DNA of 64,000 nt from an uncultured Thermoplasmata archaeon (GCA_963804525.1 CAWDQO010000003.1:16687-80686), one strand, 5' to 3'. Positions 33,257 to 43,994 are shown, numbered from the stretch's first letter. Notes: a model not told the origin generated them from the letters alone. Program-made: numbers and translations.

Positions 33257-36200
33257 ATGTTGAGGGTTCGACCCTCCACAGCCGTCGTTGTTTTCATCGT
33301 AGCGTTAGCCCTGCTCCTGCCGGGACTTCCCTCGGGGCGAGGCGGCCCGAGTGCGGGTATGCCGCGTGCAGCGGAGCCGACGCTCGGGGAGAGGGTCCTC
33401 CAGGCCGACGACGGCCAGGCGAGCTCCCCGGTCCGCCGGTGTGGGTCCGGCCGTTGCCCTACCGAGCGCCCGCGCCATCGTTTCGGCGCCGCCGCTCCCC
33501 TCTCCTGCCTGGGTCGACCGGACCGTCGAGATCTCCCACCTCTCGCTCTACCCCGGAATGCTCGCGTACGACCCGGCGATTTCCGCGACGGTGGAGTATG
33601 ACGGGTACTTCGGGACCACGTGGGCGTACACCGCGACCGGGTGGACGAACATCACGCCCGCGGTTTCCCCGCCGCCACGGATCTACGGGGGCCTCGCGTA
33701 CGATGCGGCATTCGCCGAACTTGTCCTGTTTGGAGGATACTCGATCCGCTCTGGCGCTCCCCTCAACGATACCTGGGTCTTCCACGGCGGAGCTTGGACG
33801 AACGAGACCTCCGCCGTCTCCCCCTCGCCGCGGTACTCTGTCGGGTTCGCGGCGGACCCGATGAACGCGGGGGTCCTGCTGTACGGTGGATTCCAGAACG
33901 TCACCCCCGACCCGGCATCGAACCAGACGTGGATCTGGAACGCCTCGGGGTGGCACGACCTACCGGGCCCGCCCGGTCTCCCGCCGATCTGGGGTGGGGC
34001 GATCGCCTACGATTCCGTCGACCAACAGGAGGTCGCCTTCGGGGGCTCGAACGTAGTCGGTGGCGTCGTCGTCCTCTCCAACCAGACATGGACGTACGCG
34101 AACGGGGCGTGGACCAACCGAACGACCGCGGGCCCCGGTCCTCGGACTGGGGCGTCGATGGCCGATTATCCCACCCTCGGGGGGGTGGCCCTCTTCGGAG
34201 GGACGAACGGCTCCGCGCTGGCGACGACGTACAACGACACCTGGGTGTTCCACAACAACGCATGGTCGCTGGTCCTCGGCGGCGTGGCGCCGGATTCCCG
34301 CGCTTTCGCGGGGTTCGCCTGGGACACCGCGACCGGCGACGCCGTCCTCGACGGGGGACTTGGCCCCCACGGCGTGGACGGCTCGGAGTTTCACCTGGAC
34401 ACATGGACGTTCCGCGCCGGCGCGTGGAGCGAGGTCCAAGGGAACTACACCCCGGACGACCGCGCTGGGGAAGGGTTCGCCCCGGTCGGGGGTGCCGGCG
34501 TGAGCGCAGTGCTGTTCGGGGGGATCAACGCGACGGGGGCGTACGGGAACGATTCGTGGTCGTTCACCCACGACACCTGGGTCGAGCACCTCGACCCGGC
34601 CGCGCCGCCGGCACGAACCGAATCGATGTTCGCCTCGGACCCGGCCGATGGCTACGACGTCCTGTTCGGCGGGTCAAACAGAACGGAGGTGTTCAACGAC
34701 ACCTGGTCGTACTCTTCGGGACAATGGACGGACCGATCCGGCCCCGCGGCCCCCCAACCCCGGCAAGGAGGTGTGTTCGTGTACGACCCGGTGATCGGAG
34801 AGGACCTCCTCTTCGGCGGCCGGAGCGCCTCGAACCGGACGCTGAACGACACGTGGACCTACCACGGCGGGACCTGGACGGAGATGTTCCCGACGGTGGT
34901 CCCCCCGGCCAGGGCCTTCGCCACCGCCGCCTACGATCATGCGCTGCAAGGCGTGGTCGTGTTCGGCGGGGCGTCGAGCGGGAGCACGCTGACACCCCGT
35001 CCCCTGAACGATACGTGGCTGTACACGAACGGCACGTGGACCCAACTCTCGACTCCCGTCGCGCCGAGCCCCCGATACGCTTCGACGATGGAATTCGACC
35101 CGCGACTCCAGTCGCTCGTGCTGTTTGGAGGTTGGACGTACCCGAACAGCCCGTACGCCGACAACGACACCTGGACCTACGGAGCGAACGGATGGCAGCG
35201 GTTCGGTGTCCACGGCGCCCTGCCGCCGGCAGGGTTTGCTGTCACGTGGTGGGACCCGACGACGAACGCGACGTGGATGTACGGGGGGGCGGCGCTGAAC
35301 CTCACGAGCTCCACGGCGAGCCTTTCGTCCGCCACGCTCGCCCTCGACCTCCTCGGATCCAACGTGACGCTCTCCGGGAGCGGAGGGTCGACCCCGTACC
35401 GGTGGAACTACTCCGCCTCCGCGCGGGACGGGGCTGCGCCGTACCAGGTACTCGTGGAGCCTTCCCGGCGCGACCGGATCGGGCGCAAGCGGCTCCTACA
35501 CGTTCGACACCCCGGGAACCTACGTGGTCCGGCTCAACCTGACCGACGCCTGGGGGGTGGTCTGGAATCGAACGTACGTCATCACGGTCGTTCCGGGCCC
35601 CCTGCTCGTCTCGTTCACCAGCACGCCGAGCTCCGGCTCCGCCCCGCTCCTCGTCACGTTCGCCGCCACGGCCCAGGGGGCGAGCCCTCCGTTCGCGTAC
35701 TCGTGGGACTTCGGGAACGGAGAGACCGCGCCACAGAGCCCGGACCCGAATGCCTCGACCACGTACGTCCACAACGGCACCTACACGGTCACCCTGAACG
35801 TCAGCTCCGGGAACGTCTCGGCGACGCACACGGAGTCCGTTCCGTTGATCTCGCTGGCCCCGTTCCAGATCCAGGCGTCGGTCAGCCCGAGCCACAGCAC
35901 CCCTCCCCTCAACATCTCGTTCTCGGCGAACCCGCTGAACGGGACGCCTCCGTTCGCGTACGACTGGACGTTCGAGGGAGGCGGCAACTCGTCGAAGGCG
36001 TCCGGGTATCACGTCTTCGACACCGCGGCGGTCCCCATTTCGGTCAACTACACGCTCTCGGTGAACGTGACCGACGGGAATGGGACCGTCGTCGGGGAGA
36101 CGTTCCGGGTCTACGTGCTCCCGTACATGTCCGTGCCAGGCTCCCCCTCGAACCGTTCGAGTCCCGCCCCGGGCATCCCCGATTGGGCCTGGGTGCTCGT

Positions 36201-36339
36201 GGGAATCGCGGTGCTGGGGGCCGTCGCCGCCGTCGTTCTCCTTCGCCGCCGGACTCCACCAGCAGGCGGGGAGGCTTCGGCCGGGGCGGCCACGTCGCCG
36301 ATGCCTTGGGATGAGGGCGACACCTCCGGTACGAGGTAG
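33257..36339 (+). CDS. Surface protein: signal peptide, about 11 Kelch-type propeller blades, three PKD domains and a TM anchor; frame broken twice
   Basis: The signal peptide (M)LRVRPSTAVVVFIVALALLLPGL lies in one frame (33257). The Kelch body, with repeated YDxxxxxxxLFGGxxxxxxxNDTWxYxxGxWT, lies in the frame of ORF 33351. After ...GAAPYQ the text continues in the +1 frame as YSWSLPG...YTFDTPGTYVVRLNLTD...FAYSWDFGNGE...FAYDWTFEGGG. The TM anchor is WAWVLVGIAVLGAVAAVVLL. Breaks lie between 33300 and 33430 and at 35447-35449. Confidence 0.8.
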
Positions 36340-36539
36340 GGGATCGGAGCTCCCCCCCGATTCGCGCAATGTTCTGTCCGGTCTCGTTCCCTCCGAACGG
36401 AGGGCGGCCGGCGAAGGAGCAGCTGCCCTCGCGCTCGGCGGGGGCGATGGGAATCGTGCGGAGAACCTCGTAGGAAACGGTTGGGAGGGGCGGTGGCCGC
36501 CCCTCCCCGGGAGGCGTCTTGGGGTCGAGTTCGGGTCCG

Positions 36540-37880
36540 TTAGGCGACCTCGAAGTTCAGGTAGGTGTTCGTGTCGAGGTCGGCCGAAGCGTCGCCCGCG
36601 AGCTGGGCCGCGTGGAGCGCCGACATCGACGTGATTCCGTGCGTTCCCGCGAGGTTGGGGAAGACCGAGCTGTTCGTGATCAGCACGACGACCAGGCTCC
36701 ACCAGGTGTCCGCGTGGTGGAAGTCGGTGCCGATCAGGTGGTCGTGGCCGGGCAGCGGGACGACCCCGAGGCCCGGGACATCGATCGTCGACGGGTGGTC
36801 GTAGCACAGCGCGATCGTCTCCGGCGCGCACATCAACCCGATGCCGTAGGCGGCCGGGTTGTAGGCGGGCGCGTACGGGGCGCTCGACGGCCCCCACCAG
36901 GGGACGAGCACGACGAAGAGCGGCTCGTTGGAGGGGATGGTCGGGTCGCGGATGTCGGGAGCGCCGATGCCGGGTTCCTGGAGGAGCGGCTCCATCCCGT
37001 AGCGGAACATGTGGGTCGCGTTGCTGCTCGTGAAGAACCCGTTCTCATAGACGGTGTTCACGATGTGGCCGTTCAGGAACGCGGGCATGTCTTCCGCCAG
37101 GACGAGGGCGTGGGTCGCGACCGGCTCGCTCGCGTTGAACGCACCGCTCGAGCTCGCGACGGCGAAGTTCAGGAAGTCGTTCGTCCCCAGCGACGCGCTG
37201 GTCACGCCGAGCTTCTGCGCCGCGCGGAGCGCCGCGATCGAGGTGATCGGGTTCGACTGGTGCATGCCGCGGAGACCCGGCCAATAGCTCTCGTTGTACA
37301 CGAGGACGACCTTCAGGCTCCACCACGTGTCCTTGTTGCCGTTCGCGGTTCCGATCAGGTGGTCGTGGCCGGGCAGCGGGACGACCCCGAGGCCCGGTAC
37401 GCTGATCGTCGCCGGGTGGTCCCAGCAGACCGCGACCGTCGCGGGGGCGCACATCTCGCGGATCCCGTAGGCGGTCGGGTTGTACGCGGGAGCGTACGGG
37501 TCGGTCGCCGGGCCCCACCACGGCACGAGGACCGTGAACACGGGGATCGCGGCGGTCGTCGGGAAGACCGTCGGGGCGACGCCGATCGCGGCCTGCGCGG
37601 CCATCGGCTCCATCCCGAACGTCGCATTGTGCGCGTTAACGGTGCCGACGAAGTTCCCCTGGAGGTAGATCGTGTTCACGATCGACCCGTTGAGGAACGC
37701 CGGCATCTGCTCCGAATGGTTGAGCTGGGCCCGCGGCGGGGGCTGGGGCGTCAGGGTAGGCGAGTTCGTCGTGAGGTTGGCGCCGGCGACACTCGGAGCC
37801 GCGAGGAGGATCGCCAGCGCGAACGTGGCCACCACGCTCGCGAGGGCGACTCCGGCGACTCGGTTTCTGGGGTTGGTCAT
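36540..37880 (-). CDS. Secreted protein built from two copies of an unrecognised domain of about 205 aa
   Basis: The start is the ATG at codon 43 of ORF 36540..38006, with GAGG 8 nt upstream. The signal peptide is VALASVVATFALAILLAAPSVAG. Both copies share MPAFLNGxIVNT, GMEP, VLVPWWGP..PYAPAYNP.AYGI..MCAP.T.A.C.DHP.TI.VPGLGVVPLPGHDHLIGT, TWWSL.VVL and FLNF.VA. Confidence 0.85.
   Translation of the reverse strand: MTNPRNRVAGVALASVVATFALAILLAAPSVAGANLTTNSPTLTPQPPPRAQLNHSEQMPAFLNGSIVNTIYLQGNFVGTVNAHNATFGMEPMAAQAAIGVAPTVFPTTAAIPVFTVLVPWWGPATDPYAPAYNPTAYGIREMCAPATVAVCWDHPATISVPGLGVVPLPGHDHLIGTANGNKDTWWSLKVVLVYNESYWPGLRGMHQSNPITSIAALRAAQKLGVTSASLGTNDFLNFAVASSSGAFNASEPVATHALVLAEDMPAFLNGHIVNTVYENGFFTSSNATHMFRYGMEPLLQEPGIGAPDIRDPTIPSNEPLFVVLVPWWGPSSAPYAPAYNPAAYGIGLMCAPETIALCYDHPSTIDVPGLGVVPLPGHDHLIGTDFHHADTWWSLVVVLITNSSVFPNLAGTHGITSMSALHAAQLAGDASADLDTNTYLNFEVA
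36543..37720 (-). repeat. Intragenic tandem duplication, period about 621 nt
   Basis: A 47-nt identical stretch, CCGATCAGGTGGTCGTGGCCGGGCAGCGGGACGACCCCGAGGCCCGG, starts at about 36730 and about 37351. The flanks are similar but diverged. Confidence 0.85.
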
Positions 37881-38140
37881 TTGACCGTCCTCGGAGGCGG
37901 GCCAGCCGGTCGTCCACCATAATCGTCGGTTGTCCAATTTTGAAACACAGGCGGTCCGGGGCCGGCCGCGCGCAAATCGAGCCGTCCGCGCCCGTCGGCT
38001 GGACAATCGCGCATTTCGGCTCCGGCGCCCTCCGCCGGGGCGGCCACGCGATGGACAAACGCGCAGTTTTGGGTGGACTTATAGGCTCGGCCGCCTAGTC
38101 ACTCTCCGTCGGAGCGCACGCGCCGGCGAAGGGGTCGCAG

Positions 38141-39112
38141 ATGATGGCCACGCAGGGCAAGAAGGTCTGGATGGACGGCACCCTCGTCGACTTCGCGGAT
38201 GCGAAGGTCCACGTTCTGAACCACACGCTCCACTACGGAGTCGGGGTGTTCGAGGGGATCCGGTGTTACCCGAGCGCCTCGGGTGCGGCGATCTTCCGGC
38301 TCCCCGACCACGTCAAGCGCCTCCTCGATTCGGCCCGGTTGTACCGGATGCCGGTCCCGTACACCGCCGACGAGATCTCCCAGGCGGTCCTCGAGACCCA
38401 GGCGGCGAACGAGTTCATCCCGTCGTACATCCGCCCGATCCTCTATCGCGGCGAGCCGGCGCTCGGCGTGAAGAACCGGACCGGGAAGGTCTCGCTCGCG
38501 ATCGGCGCGATCCCGGCGAAGAAGTACCTCGGCGAGGCGTCGGAGACCGGGGTCCGGGCGAAGATCTCCCAGTACCGGAAGCCCCGTTCGGACGCGATCC
38601 CGTCGTTCGCGAAGGCGTCGGGGAACTACCTGAACAGCTACCTCGCCGGCGTCGATGCGGCCGAGGAGGGGTACGAGGAGGCGATCCTCCTCGACGCGAA
38701 CGGGTACGTCGCCGAGGGATCGGGGGAGAACATCTTCGTCGTCCGCAATGGCACGGTCTACACCCCGGGGCTCGAGTCGGACATCCTCCTCGGGATCACC
38801 CGGACCTCGGTCCTCCAGATCGCGGCCGACCTCGGGTACCGGACGGTCGAGAAGCTCGTCAGCGTCAACGAGCTCTTGACGGCCGACGAGGTGTTCTTCT
38901 CCGGCACCTACGCCGAAATCGCTCCGGTCCGCGAGGTCTCGCACTACGTGATCGGCAACGGCCGTGCCGGACCGGTAACGCGCGACATCCTCGACGTCTT
39001 CAACCGGGCCGTCCGCGGGGAGGAGCCGAAGTACACCGCGTGGCTCACCCCGGTGCCGCCCCTCGCGCGGGTCGTGTCGCGCGCCGCCCGGCGCGAGCGC
39101 GGCTCAGCCTGA
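38141..39112 (+). CDS. ilvE: Branched-chain amino acid aminotransferase
   Basis: Motifs are HYGVGVFEGIRCY, IRPILYRG, KASGNYLNS, VAEGSGENIFVV and LLGITR. Confidence 0.92.
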   Translation: MMATQGKKVWMDGTLVDFADAKVHVLNHTLHYGVGVFEGIRCYPSASGAAIFRLPDHVKRLLDSARLYRMPVPYTADEISQAVLETQAANEFIPSYIRPILYRGEPALGVKNRTGKVSLAIGAIPAKKYLGEASETGVRAKISQYRKPRSDAIPSFAKASGNYLNSYLAGVDAAEEGYEEAILLDANGYVAEGSGENIFVVRNGTVYTPGLESDILLGITRTSVLQIAADLGYRTVEKLVSVNELLTADEVFFSGTYAEIAPVREVSHYVIGNGRAGPVTRDILDVFNRAVRGEEPKYTAWLTPVPPLARVVSRAARRERGSA

Positions 39113-39538
39113 GTCGTCGTCGACCGGGGCCACCGGTGGGGGCGCCGGGTTGGCGCACTTGTGCGTCTCAGGGTCCGGCCGGTAAACCAGCTCGATCCGG
39201 AGCCCCTCGGGCCCCTTGAGGTAGAGCGAGCGGGAGTTGTCCCGCTCCTTCTCCGCGATGACGTCGACCCGCGCGCGCGTGATGCGGCTCCGGAGACCGA
39301 GCCAAGAGTCGACGCGGAGCGCGAGATGATCGACCCCGCCGGGCCGCTCCCCCTTCTTCGCATCCCGGAGCCCGAGGACCTGGTTGCCGAGGAGGAGGAA
39401 CGTGTGGTCGGGTCCTTCGCCGAGGACGTCGAGCGCGAGCTGCTCGACGAAGAAGCGGCGCGCCTTCGCCCGGTCCCGGAAGCGAAGGTCCACATGGTCG
39501 AACCCGGTGACGCCGAAATCGACGCTCTTGCGGGCCAC
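39104..39538 (-). CDS. VOC / glyoxalase-bleomycin resistance family protein
   Basis: Motifs are FDHVDLRFRD...A..FF, VDHLALRV and LYLKGPEGLRIELV. The 3' end overlaps the ilvE 3' end by 9 nt, in convergent orientation. Confidence 0.72.
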   Translation of the reverse strand: MARKSVDFGVTGFDHVDLRFRDRAKARRFFVEQLALDVLGEGPDHTFLLLGNQVLGLRDAKKGERPGGVDHLALRVDSWLGLRSRITRARVDVIAEKERDNSRSLYLKGPEGLRIELVYRPDPETHKCANPAPPPVAPVDDDSG

Positions 39539-39575
39539 TCGGAGAACCTCTCCGCTCCGTCAGGAGAGAAGGTAT

Positions 39576-40424
39576 ATGGAGGCTTTCGGAGCCCACCCGG
39601 CCTGTCGCAGCGGGAACCGTCATCCGCGCCTTCGATTCCGGTCGTTCGTGGCTCCGCGTGCCCCGATCGCCCCGACCCGACCGGTGCGGCTCGTCCTCTT
39701 CGACATGGACGACACGCTGTTCGACCACTCGTTCGCGTTGCGGCGGGCGCTCGTCGTACTTTGGCGGGAGGACCGCCGGCTCGGTCGTCGTCCACTCGGG
39801 TCCCTCGTGGCCGAGTACGAGCGGCTCCTCGAGGCGATCCACCCGGAGGTCCTCCGGAAACGTCGGACCCACGCCGAGGCGCGGCGCGAACGGTTCCGCG
39901 GCCTGTTCGAGTGGGCCGGGACGCCGCTCCCGGCGCCCGAGCTTGAGGCGGTCTCCGCGCGCTACCGGGAGTTCTACCAGCAGGCCCGGCGACCCGTGGA
40001 GGGGGCACCGGCCCTCCTCCGTGCCCTCCGGGGCAAGGTTGCGGTCGGGATCGTCAGCAACAACCACACCGTCGAGCAGCAGGACAAGCTCGCCGCCACC
40101 GGGATGAGGGCCCTCATCGACTTCCTTCTGACGTCCGAGGACGCCGGCGCCGAGAAGCCGGACCCGAAGATCTTCGACCTCGCGCTCGAGCGGGGCGGGG
40201 CGCGGCGGGACGAGGCCGTGATGGTGGGGGACACGTGGGGGACCGACATCGTCGGCGCCCGCGCCGCGGGGATTCGGTCCTTCTGGCTGAACCGGCGGGG
40301 CGTGCCGCGGCCCGACCGGACCGCCGAGGTCGCGGAGCTCCGCTCGCTGCGTCCGGCCCGGGCCGTCCGGGACCGGTTGCTCCTCCCGACCCGTCCCCGG
40401 GACGGTCCCGAATCTCTGCCGTGA
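39576..40424 (+). CDS. HAD-superfamily hydrolase (subfamily IA-like)
   Basis: Motif I is LVLFDMDDTLF, motif II is VGIVSN and motif III-IV is EKPDPKIF...VMVGDTWGTDIVGA. I chose the start at ATG 39576; a GTG near 39649 is also possible. Confidence 0.8.
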   Translation: MEAFGAHPACRSGNRHPRLRFRSFVAPRAPIAPTRPVRLVLFDMDDTLFDHSFALRRALVVLWREDRRLGRRPLGSLVAEYERLLEAIHPEVLRKRRTHAEARRERFRGLFEWAGTPLPAPELEAVSARYREFYQQARRPVEGAPALLRALRGKVAVGIVSNNHTVEQQDKLAATGMRALIDFLLTSEDAGAEKPDPKIFDLALERGGARRDEAVMVGDTWGTDIVGARAAGIRSFWLNRRGVPRPDRTAEVAELRSLRPARAVRDRLLLPTRPRDGPESLP

Positions 40425-40432
40425 CCCGGGGT

Positions 40433-40438
40433 TATAGG
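40433..40438 (+). promoter_or_regulatory. TATA-like TTATAG about 27 nt upstream of ATG 40462
   Basis: This is an isolated AT-rich hexamer. The geometry matches the other putative leaderless genes in the window. Confidence 0.4.
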
Positions 40439-40461
40439 GAGTGCCGCCCTCGCGCCCGTCG

Positions 40462-41856
40462 ATGGCCAGCCTTCGGGACGCCGAGGACGGGATTGCGCTC
40501 GCGCTCCGCCGGATCGCCCCCCACACCTCGTACGCGGAGGCGATGGCCGAACGGACGGCCGGGCACAGCGTCCGCCTCGACCGGACCCAGACCACGATCG
40601 GGGTGACGCCCCGGCTCGAGGGGGCGGTGTTCCGGGCCTGGGACGGGCAGCGTTGGGTCGAGGCCGCGGCGAGCGGGCTGGACGCCGCGAGCGTCGCGGA
40701 GACCGCGGACGCACTGCGCCGTCGGCTCCCGGCCGATGCCACCCGGAGCCAGCCCCCGGGAGCCTCCGCAACTGGGACCGGCGAGCGCCGGACCGACGCG
40801 AAGCAGCCGCTCGAGTCGCTGTCGTTGGAGGGACGTCTCGCGATCGCCCGACAGATGTACGAGCTCGCTCGCTCGGGGGGCGGTATCGACAACGCCATCG
40901 TGAGCCTCGCGAGCCAGCTCGAGGAGCGCCTGTTCCTTTCCACCGCCGGCGCCCGCCGATGGCAGGAGACCCAACGGACGCGCGGAACGGTCGTCCCCGT
41001 CGCGATGGAGAACGGGAAGGTCGAGTACGACTACCTCAGCGAAGGCGGGACGGGGGGCTGGGAGGTCCTCGAAGGGATCACCGAGGCCCGGATCCTGGAG
41101 ACGGCGAACGAGGCGCGGGCGCTCCTGAAGGCGGGGGCGGCGCCGACCGGAGCGATGCCGGTGATCCTCGACCCGGGGACGGCGGGGACGTTCGCCCACG
41201 AGTCGTTCGGGCACGGCACCGAGGCCGACCAGCTCTTGCGCGACCGGTCGTACCTGAAACCGTTGCTCGGGCAAATGGTCGGTCCGGAGTTTCTGAGCCT
41301 CGTCGACGACGGTTCCTACCCCGGCGGGTGGGGCTCGGTCTTCTTCGACGACGAGGGGCACCCGTCCCAGCGGACGGTGCTCGTCGACCACGGGAAGTTC
41401 GTGTCCGTGCTTCACGACCGCGAGTCGGCCGCCGTCTACCACAGCGCCGCGACCGGCAACACCCGGCGGGCCGATTTCCTGAGCCGTCCGTTCGTCCGGA
41501 TGACCAATACGTTCGTCGAGCCGGGGGACTGGTCGCTCGAAGAGATGGTGAAGGAGGCGAAGAACGGGATCCTGCTCCAGAACTGCACGAGCGGGATCGA
41601 GGACCCGTTGGGCGGGCAGATGCAGATCAAGGTGAAGAAGGCCCGACTGATCCGGAACGGCGAGCTCGGCCCGGTCGGACCGTCGATGGCGCTCTCGGGG
41701 AAAGTCCTCGATTTCCTCCGGGCCATCCGGGGAGTCGGGAAGGCCGAGCACTTCGCGATCTGGCCCGGCTACTGCGGCAAAGGCCATACCGACCTCATCC
41801 CGGCCGGGACCGGAGGGTCGTACCTCCTCTCCGAGGCGGTCGTGGGGCCCGCATGA
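40462..41856 (+). CDS. tldD: TldD-family metalloprotease
   Basis: The metal motif is HESFGHGTEAD, and GNTRRA lies downstream. The track start GTG 40441 is an alternative. I prefer ATG 40462 because of the TATA spacing. Confidence 0.88.
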   Translation: MASLRDAEDGIALALRRIAPHTSYAEAMAERTAGHSVRLDRTQTTIGVTPRLEGAVFRAWDGQRWVEAAASGLDAASVAETADALRRRLPADATRSQPPGASATGTGERRTDAKQPLESLSLEGRLAIARQMYELARSGGGIDNAIVSLASQLEERLFLSTAGARRWQETQRTRGTVVPVAMENGKVEYDYLSEGGTGGWEVLEGITEARILETANEARALLKAGAAPTGAMPVILDPGTAGTFAHESFGHGTEADQLLRDRSYLKPLLGQMVGPEFLSLVDDGSYPGGWGSVFFDDEGHPSQRTVLVDHGKFVSVLHDRESAAVYHSAATGNTRRADFLSRPFVRMTNTFVEPGDWSLEEMVKEAKNGILLQNCTSGIEDPLGGQMQIKVKKARLIRNGELGPVGPSMALSGKVLDFLRAIRGVGKAEHFAIWPGYCGKGHTDLIPAGTGGSYLLSEAVVGPA

Positions 41857-43271
41857 GCGACCCCTCCTTCGGCGCCCAGACGGCGTTCCAGGCCGCCGAC
41901 CACTTCCGGCGCGGACACCTTCCCGGCGCCTGGGACGTCTTCGGTCAACGGGCCGAGCGGTACGAGATCCACTTGAACGGAACCCAGCGCGAGATGGTCC
42001 GGGCGCCCCTCAAGCTCGAGGGGATCGGGCTCCGATTGATTCGCCCGGCCGACGGCCAGCTCGGGGTCGGATTCGCCGCGACCACGGACCGGTCGCCCGA
42101 GTCGCTCGCAAAGGCCGTCGAGGACGCGGGCGCCACCGCCCGGTACTCCCGGTTCCCCGCGGCGACGGTCGACCTCCCGTCCGGCGCCGCCACCGGGGCC
42201 GCCGGCGTCGATTCGGTGGACCGGGCGGCGTGGTCGGACCCGCTCGAATCGCTGGACCGGTACGTCCACGAACTCCTCACCGCGTTCGAGGGCCGGGCGG
42301 GGGTCGTCCCAAGCTTCGGGTCGGTCCACCTGACGTTGATCGAGTCGACGCTCGCGAACTCGGCCGGGCTCGAGCACCGGTCGAGTCGGACGCTCGTCGA
42401 CCTCGAGGTGGCGGTCAAGGCGTTCGGAGGACCCGAAGGGCGGGCGCCGGGCGAGTACTGGGTCACTTCGCGGGGGGTCCAGCTCGATGCGCGGTCCCTT
42501 CGCGACGACGTATCGACCTGGTGCGCCCGCGCCGCCGACGTCCGGGTGGCGAAGCCCCCGAGCGCGGGGGAGCAGACCGTCGTCCTCCCGCCGCGCGTCC
42601 TCACCGACATCCTCCCCGAGATCCTCAGCTACCGGCTCTCCGGGTCGGCCGCCCTCCGAGGGATGGCGCCCAAGCCCGGGGAGGCCATCGGGGCCCCGAC
42701 CGTCTCCATCTGGGACGATGGCCGGTTCCCGTTCGCCGTCGGTTCCTCGGCGGTCGACGATGAGGGGAATCCCCAGTCGAAGCGGGCGCTCATCAGCTCC
42801 GGCGCCGCCGCCGCCACGCTCTACGACGTCCTGCACGGCAGCGCGGCCGGCAGCCCCTCGACCGGCAGCGGGTTCCGAGACTCGATCGGCTACCCGGTCT
42901 GGGAGCACTTTTCCGTGCCCCCCTCGCCCCTCGCCACGACCCTCGTGGTCGGGACGGGCGACGTCGGCTCCGATGCCGAGCTCGCAGAGGTCGTGGGCGA
43001 GGGGATCTGGCTCGACCAGCTCGGCTACGCGTTCCCGGACGCGCTCAGCGCCGCGTTCGGCGGCGAGATCCGGATCGGATACCGGATCCACCACGGGAAG
43101 GTCGGCGAGCCGCTCCGCGGCGGCACGGTCGGTGGGGTGGTCGTCGCCGGGTCCGGGGAGCGTTCCCTCCTGAACTCGGTCGTCGCCCTCGGCAAGCGGT
43201 CCCAGCTCACCGCCCACCTGTCGACCCCGACTCTCGTGGTCGAGAAGATGGGCGTGGGCGGGGCCGACTGA
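41853..43271 (+). CDS. pmbA: PmbA/TldE-family protein (partner of TldD)
   Basis: The ATG overlaps the tldD stop (ATGA). The protein is of similar length, has no HExxH motif, and carries GSGFRDS and GGTVGGVVVAG near the C-terminus. Confidence 0.8.
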   Translation: MSDPSFGAQTAFQAADHFRRGHLPGAWDVFGQRAERYEIHLNGTQREMVRAPLKLEGIGLRLIRPADGQLGVGFAATTDRSPESLAKAVEDAGATARYSRFPAATVDLPSGAATGAAGVDSVDRAAWSDPLESLDRYVHELLTAFEGRAGVVPSFGSVHLTLIESTLANSAGLEHRSSRTLVDLEVAVKAFGGPEGRAPGEYWVTSRGVQLDARSLRDDVSTWCARAADVRVAKPPSAGEQTVVLPPRVLTDILPEILSYRLSGSAALRGMAPKPGEAIGAPTVSIWDDGRFPFAVGSSAVDDEGNPQSKRALISSGAAAATLYDVLHGSAAGSPSTGSGFRDSIGYPVWEHFSVPPSPLATTLVVGTGDVGSDAELAEVVGEGIWLDQLGYAFPDALSAAFGGEIRIGYRIHHGKVGEPLRGGTVGGVVVAGSGERSLLNSVVALGKRSQLTAHLSTPTLVVEKMGVGGAD

Positions 43272-43354
43272 ACCGACGACGGTCCGGGTGACTCTCCGGC
43301 TCCGCCGCAGGTGGCGCCGGGACCGCCCCGGGAGGGGGCGAACGACCACCCCCG

Positions 43355-43633
43355 CTACGCGGGGCCGTGCGACGCGTCGAGAGGCCCAGGGGGCATCGGT
43401 TGGCGCCCGTGGACCCACCCGGCGACTCCGACGAGGATGGGGACGACCCCCGCTCCCAGGAGACCCCATCCAAACCAAGCGAACCCTGGGATCCTCGGGT
43501 TGAGGCGGAATAGGATCGCGCCGCTCGCGACCGCCACGACGCCGGTCCCGATGCAGATGGCCCAGTTCGTCGGAACGTTCCGGAGCGAGAGGGAGAACCC
43601 GACCATCGGCGGCGGACGGAGCGCCGAGGTCAA
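43355..43633 (-). CDS. Small membrane protein (2-3 TM)
   Basis: Hydrophobic spans are WAICIGTGVVAVASGAILF and FAWFGWGLLGAGVVPILVGVAGWV. Confidence 0.55.
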   Translation of the reverse strand: MTSALRPPPMVGFSLSLRNVPTNWAICIGTGVVAVASGAILFRLNPRIPGFAWFGWGLLGAGVVPILVGVAGWVHGRQPMPPGPLDASHGPA

Positions 43634-43679
43634 GGAGTCGCTGGAGCGCCGACCGAACCGGCCGGTCGGACCGCCCGGG

Positions 43680-43904
43680 TTATTTCGGGCCCTTCAGCTC
43701 GATCGTGCCGCAGCTGCGGCACCGGGTCCCCGGTAGGTTCGCCGAGTACGTCCCGCTGAACCCCGTCCCGACGAGGACCTCGAGCCCGTTCGGACGCAGG
43801 CGGGCCGCCGGCGCCTCGTGGGACCAGAACAGTCCCGACCCGTTCGACGTGGCGAGGAATCCGCCGTCGAGCTCGCCCCCACACTTCGCGCAGCTTGCCG
43901 CCAT
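43680..43904 (-). CDS. 74-aa zinc-ribbon protein
   Basis: This is the last 74 codons of ORF 43680..44492: MAASCAKCGGELDGGF...RCRSCGTIELKGPK, with two CxxCG knuckles. The upstream part of that ORF is R/P-rich shadow text. Confidence 0.6.
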   Translation of the reverse strand: MAASCAKCGGELDGGFLATSNGSGLFWSHEAPAARLRPNGLEVLVGTGFSGTYSANLPGTRCRSCGTIELKGPK

Positions 43905-43958
43905 GCCTTGGAATCCCGCCCGACCCAGCCACGGTCGGGTATCTTTGGTTTGCGCTCG

Positions 43959-43994
43959 AAAAAAGAGGGGAAGACGCCCCCTTGCGGGGGCGTC
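43959..43994 (-). terminator. Hairpin plus oligo-T (read on the minus strand) downstream of the 44670-44108 gene pair
   Basis: GACGCCCCC-TTGC-GGGGGCGTC spans 43973-43994, a 9-bp stem. On the minus strand it is followed by CCTCTTTTTTCG; the A6 run on the plus strand is 43959-43964. Confidence 0.5.
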
